Assembly: GCA_963693055.1 (NCBI GenBank)
Contig: OY843751.1
Coordinates: 3,936,001-4,000,000, forward strand
Origin: a bacterium
Lineage (GTDB): Bacteria > Zhuqueibacterota > Zhuqueibacteria > Residuimicrobiales > Krinioviventaceae
Length of the DNA: 64,000 nt
Reading direction: 5' to 3'
Below, in pieces: positions 61,573 to 64,000 of this stretch. A program made the translations under genes and the position numbers. The notes beneath the pieces were generated by a model. That model was not told the DNA's origin, ran no database searches, and worked only from the letters and a program-made list of their open reading frames with translations. How positions within the stretch are numbered: the stretch's first letter is position 1; every line of letters begins with the position of its first letter.

Positions 61573-62397
61573 CTAATTGTTCTTTGAAAGATTCAACTGA
61601 CTCCTTTGATTTTTAATTTTATCAGGCAAAAGATCAACATATTGTTGTATGACACGTTTGGAAAGTCTTGCCAGCTGGCTGATTTGATCAAGGTTTTTAA
61701 TGTCATGCTTCCAAAGTAATTCAACACGATGGTAATCTTTGATATACCTGTCAACCGCTTCGTTGCTGTGTTTGGTTTTCAAAGCGATTTCGGGAGTGAG
61801 ATATCCCTCAAGATACAGAGTGATAATTTCGCGTTTATGAGTAATAGCGCCGGAAAGATCATGGATGTTGCCACGCGTTGGTAAGAGATGCCCTTCTTTT
61901 TGGATTTCATTTACATATTTACTGACAACGGCATCACAGACACCGAGTAACATAGCCAGGTCAAGTTGAGTAAGCAGAGCACCTTGATCAAAAGCTTCAT
62001 CAACCCAACGTTTGAGGCGTCTTTTCCTTAAAGTTTTGGAATCAAAACCATGCGCGATATGAGAAGTATCCTGATCAGTAATGAAAGAGAGGACAACGGG
62101 TTTCATTCGGGTAGCGGCAATACTTTTTCCGCGTTTGGGGTATTCATCGACAGGAACAGCCATCCAGACGAGTTGCCCATAGTGAATATGGTGCAAGTCA
62201 TCATCAATAGAGGAGACAAGGAAATAGTCATCAATGATTTTAAGGATATCATCAATGATGGCATTGGCAGTGATGGCTCCTTTGTCATAGCCATAGCTAT
62301 TCAAAAAGTTGTACAGTAGTAACTGCTTGAGATCTTTATCTTTAAGTCGTCTCATTTTTTTGAGTTGAATTTGTTCTTTAGTCAAAGGTTTACTCAT
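61573..62397 (-). CDS. DUF1670-like protein B
   Basis: EAFDQGALLTQLDLAMLL, LPTRGNIHD, HKREII.LYL.G, HS..AVDRY; GGAGG RBS before ATG 62397 that overlaps the stop of gene A (ATGAGTAA). Confidence 0.8.
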   Translation of the reverse strand: MSKPLTKEQIQLKKMRRLKDKDLKQLLLYNFLNSYGYDKGAITANAIIDDILKIIDDYFLVSSIDDDLHHIHYGQLVWMAVPVDEYPKRGKSIAATRMKPVVLSFITDQDTSHIAHGFDSKTLRKRRLKRWVDEAFDQGALLTQLDLAMLLGVCDAVVSKYVNEIQKEGHLLPTRGNIHDLSGAITHKREIITLYLEGYLTPEIALKTKHSNEAVDRYIKDYHRVELLWKHDIKNLDQISQLARLSKRVIQQYVDLLPDKIKNQRSQLNLSKNN

Positions 62398-63229
62398 TTT
62401 CTTTGCCTCCTGATAGATGTTGAGGAATGGATTTTTTTTTCGCGTCGCCACCAGGTTCCGCAGGAGATAACAGATCGTTTAATCGCGTATTGTTTTGTTG
62501 AAGATAGGTTTGGTAGAGTTGGATATACTCGCGCACCAGGCGGTCGGATTTCTTTGCAATGAGTCGAATCTGGTTCGGAGAGAAATTTTCCTTGTATAAA
62601 AGGGCGATCTGCATAAAGTCAGCGAGGTAACGTTTGATGCTGGTTTCAGAATGATTGGTTTTTTGTTCTATTTCTGAAAAGGTATAACCTTTAAGATACA
62701 GATCAATAATGATGGTTTTATGAGACAGTCCGGGACCCATGTCATGTTTCATACCTCGTGTCATGATAAACATACCGTGATGACGGAGATGATAAATGTC
62801 ACGTTTAACAGTGGCCGGACTGGTGGTTAAAAGCATTGCCAGGTCTTCATAGCTGAGTAAAGCACCCTGATCATAGGCTTGTCGAGTCAGACGGGCGATC
62901 CGGTGTCGTCTAAGTCCGGCAAGGCCATAATTAGCCAGGGCTTGCAGATCTGTATTAAAGTCAATTAGTTTGAGACGGACCGTAAGCTTTCGGGTTAATC
63001 TGATATGTTTGCCGGCTGGTTCTTCAGCGGCAACAGCTTCATAAGCGACTTCACCTCCTGATAATGAAATGTTGGAATGTTCCTGAAAGTATTGGTCAAA
63101 TTGTTGATAGTAAGCTTCGGCAATAATAGGAGTCAAATTGAAATCCTGAGACAGTTTTTGGACAATAGCGTTTTTAGCTGTCTTGGATTCGAGTCTTTTT
63201 AAACCATAATTATTTTTAACATCTGCCAT
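62390..63229 (-). CDS. DUF1670-like protein A
   Basis: QAYDQGALLSYEDLAMLL, TRGMKHDMGPGLSHK, HSETSIKRY; AAGGAG RBS before ATG 63229 (ORF-track start at 63427 lies outside the element). Confidence 0.8.
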   Translation of the reverse strand: MADVKNNYGLKRLESKTAKNAIVQKLSQDFNLTPIIAEAYYQQFDQYFQEHSNISLSGGEVAYEAVAAEEPAGKHIRLTRKLTVRLKLIDFNTDLQALANYGLAGLRRHRIARLTRQAYDQGALLSYEDLAMLLTTSPATVKRDIYHLRHHGMFIMTRGMKHDMGPGLSHKTIIIDLYLKGYTFSEIEQKTNHSETSIKRYLADFMQIALLYKENFSPNQIRLIAKKSDRLVREYIQLYQTYLQQNNTRLNDLLSPAEPGGDAKKKSIPQHLSGGKENE

Positions 63230-63267
63230 AAGAATCTCCTTATTTCTGTTTTTATTAAAACAATGAT

Positions 63268-63282
63268 TCCTATGGTCATATG
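63268..63282 (-). repeat. Right terminal inverted repeat
   Basis: TCCTATGGTCATATG = reverse complement CATATGACCATAGGA. Confidence 0.7.
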
Positions 63283-63307
63283 CACTAAACTTTAAATAAT
63301 AAAATCC

Positions 63308-63341
63308 GGCTGGCAGAAATCTAAACTGCCAGCCTTTCCTT
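63308..63341 (+). terminator. Terminator hairpin, probably the displaced terminator of the S8/cohesin operon
   Basis: GGCTGGCAG-AAATCTAAA-CTGCCAGCC-TTTCCTT with no + strand gene immediately upstream in the present arrangement. Confidence 0.65.
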
Positions 63342-63374
63342 GCCTCTCGCATCTCTCTTACTCTCAATTTCTTC

Positions 63375-63403
63375 TTGACATTCAAACAATAAAATCCTAT
63401 AAT
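63375..63403 (+). promoter_or_regulatory. Consensus sigma70 promoter
   Basis: TTGACA-N17-TATAAT, ~90 bp upstream of ATG 63495. Confidence 0.8.
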
Positions 63404-63494
63404 TACAAGGGAAAAGAAAAAGAACAATATTTCTAGTATGTAAACCGGCGCAAACCTAATTCATAAAATTGTAGTTATCAAAAACAGGCAAACC

Positions 63495-64000
63495 ATGCAT
63501 TTCAAATCTTTTTTTCTTGTCTTTTTTCTCCTGGTTCTGTTCGTTGCCGGTTGTAATGTTGCCACACGTGGGGATTACAGCATAGCCAAAGCTGATGTTT
63601 ATTATCGCTCAGGTCAATTGGAAGAAGCCCTTAAACACCTCAAAAAACTCGTTTCCTTTGAATACGACAATGTTAAAGCGCATCTGCGTATTGCAGAAAT
63701 TTATGATGAAATGGAAAACTGGGAATATGCCAGACTTTGGGCCGAACGCACAATGAAACTGGATTATAACAATCCGGGTGCGCGACTCATCTATGCAAAA
63801 TCCTGTCGTGAACGTGGCTATATGCGTCCGCAGCCCTTGCGTTATTTTGACTGGAAAGATGCAAAGAAAAAGTTCCTGCAAGTTATAGAAATAGATTCAT
63901 CATTTAATAAAGTATTATACGAATATGCTATATTCCAGGGATATAAAAATGAGTTTATGGACGGAATCAAAACCCTGGAAGCGCACCGAAAATTTTATCC
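63495..64000 (+). CDS. TPR-containing lipoprotein, 3'-truncated by window edge (not in ORF track)
   Basis: MHFKSFFLVFFLLVLFVAGC lipobox, then TPR-like helices (YYRSGQLEEALKHLKK, AHLRIAEIY); open to the window end. Confidence 0.8.
   Translation, partial: MHFKSFFLVFFLLVLFVAGCNVATRGDYSIAKADVYYRSGQLEEALKHLKKLVSFEYDNVKAHLRIAEIYDEMENWEYARLWAERTMKLDYNNPGARLIYAKSCRERGYMRPQPLRYFDWKDAKKKFLQVIEIDSSFNKVLYEYAIFQGYKNEFMDGIKTLEAHRKFY

Larger units (their letters stand above)
61447..63285 (-). mobile_element. Candidate IS-like element carrying two DUF1670-like genes
   Basis: Inverted repeats CATATGACCAGAGGA (61451-61465) and TCCTATGGTCATATG (63268-63282), 14/15 match; TA on both flanks; separates upstream gene from a terminator at 63308. 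Confidence 0.7.

Noticed and set aside
63230-63427. N-terminal extension of DUF1670 gene A in the ORF track
   Set aside because: Crosses the right inverted repeat, terminator and a + strand promoter; strong RBS supports ATG 63229
63609-63881. 90-aa minus-strand ORF
   Set aside because: Antisense to the TPR lipoprotein starting at 63495
1-64000. rRNA, tRNA, CRISPR arrays, prophage or known defence systems
   Set aside because: None recognisable by eye; an Infernal/tRNAscan/DefenseFinder run would be needed to exclude divergent cases

Overview
Bacterial chromosomal window, visibly AT-rich, from a diderm. Several secreted proteins end in a 'NYPNPFN...' FlgD-Ig/Por-type sorting domain, and there are sigma54 activators, MCPs and a TonB receptor, which suggests an FCB-group lineage such as KSB1 or Calditrichota (inference). 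Most genes are housekeeping or accessory: MscS, CorA, two paralogous MBOAT+SGNH-like acyltransferase pairs, a NorR-like activator divergent from dps, an M16 peptidase pair, LytS/LytTR, GH36/GH97, an ECF sigma/anti-sigma locus, RhaT plus a sugar isomerase, LamG proteins and an S8 protease. The most notable signal is at about 61.45-63.29 kb: a ~1.8-kb element with two tandem DUF1670-like genes and no recognisable transposase. It is bounded by inverted repeats (CATATGACCA[G/T]AGGA), sits between a gene's stop codon and that gene's apparent terminator, and has an A9 run linking the two reading frames. It is a candidate undescribed class of insertion sequence. Also notable are a dockerin-tailed S8 protease followed by a cohesin-like adaptor with a sorting domain, and sigma54 promoter/enhancer architectures at dps and at an MCP. 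All family assignments are from motif recognition by eye, not database searches.
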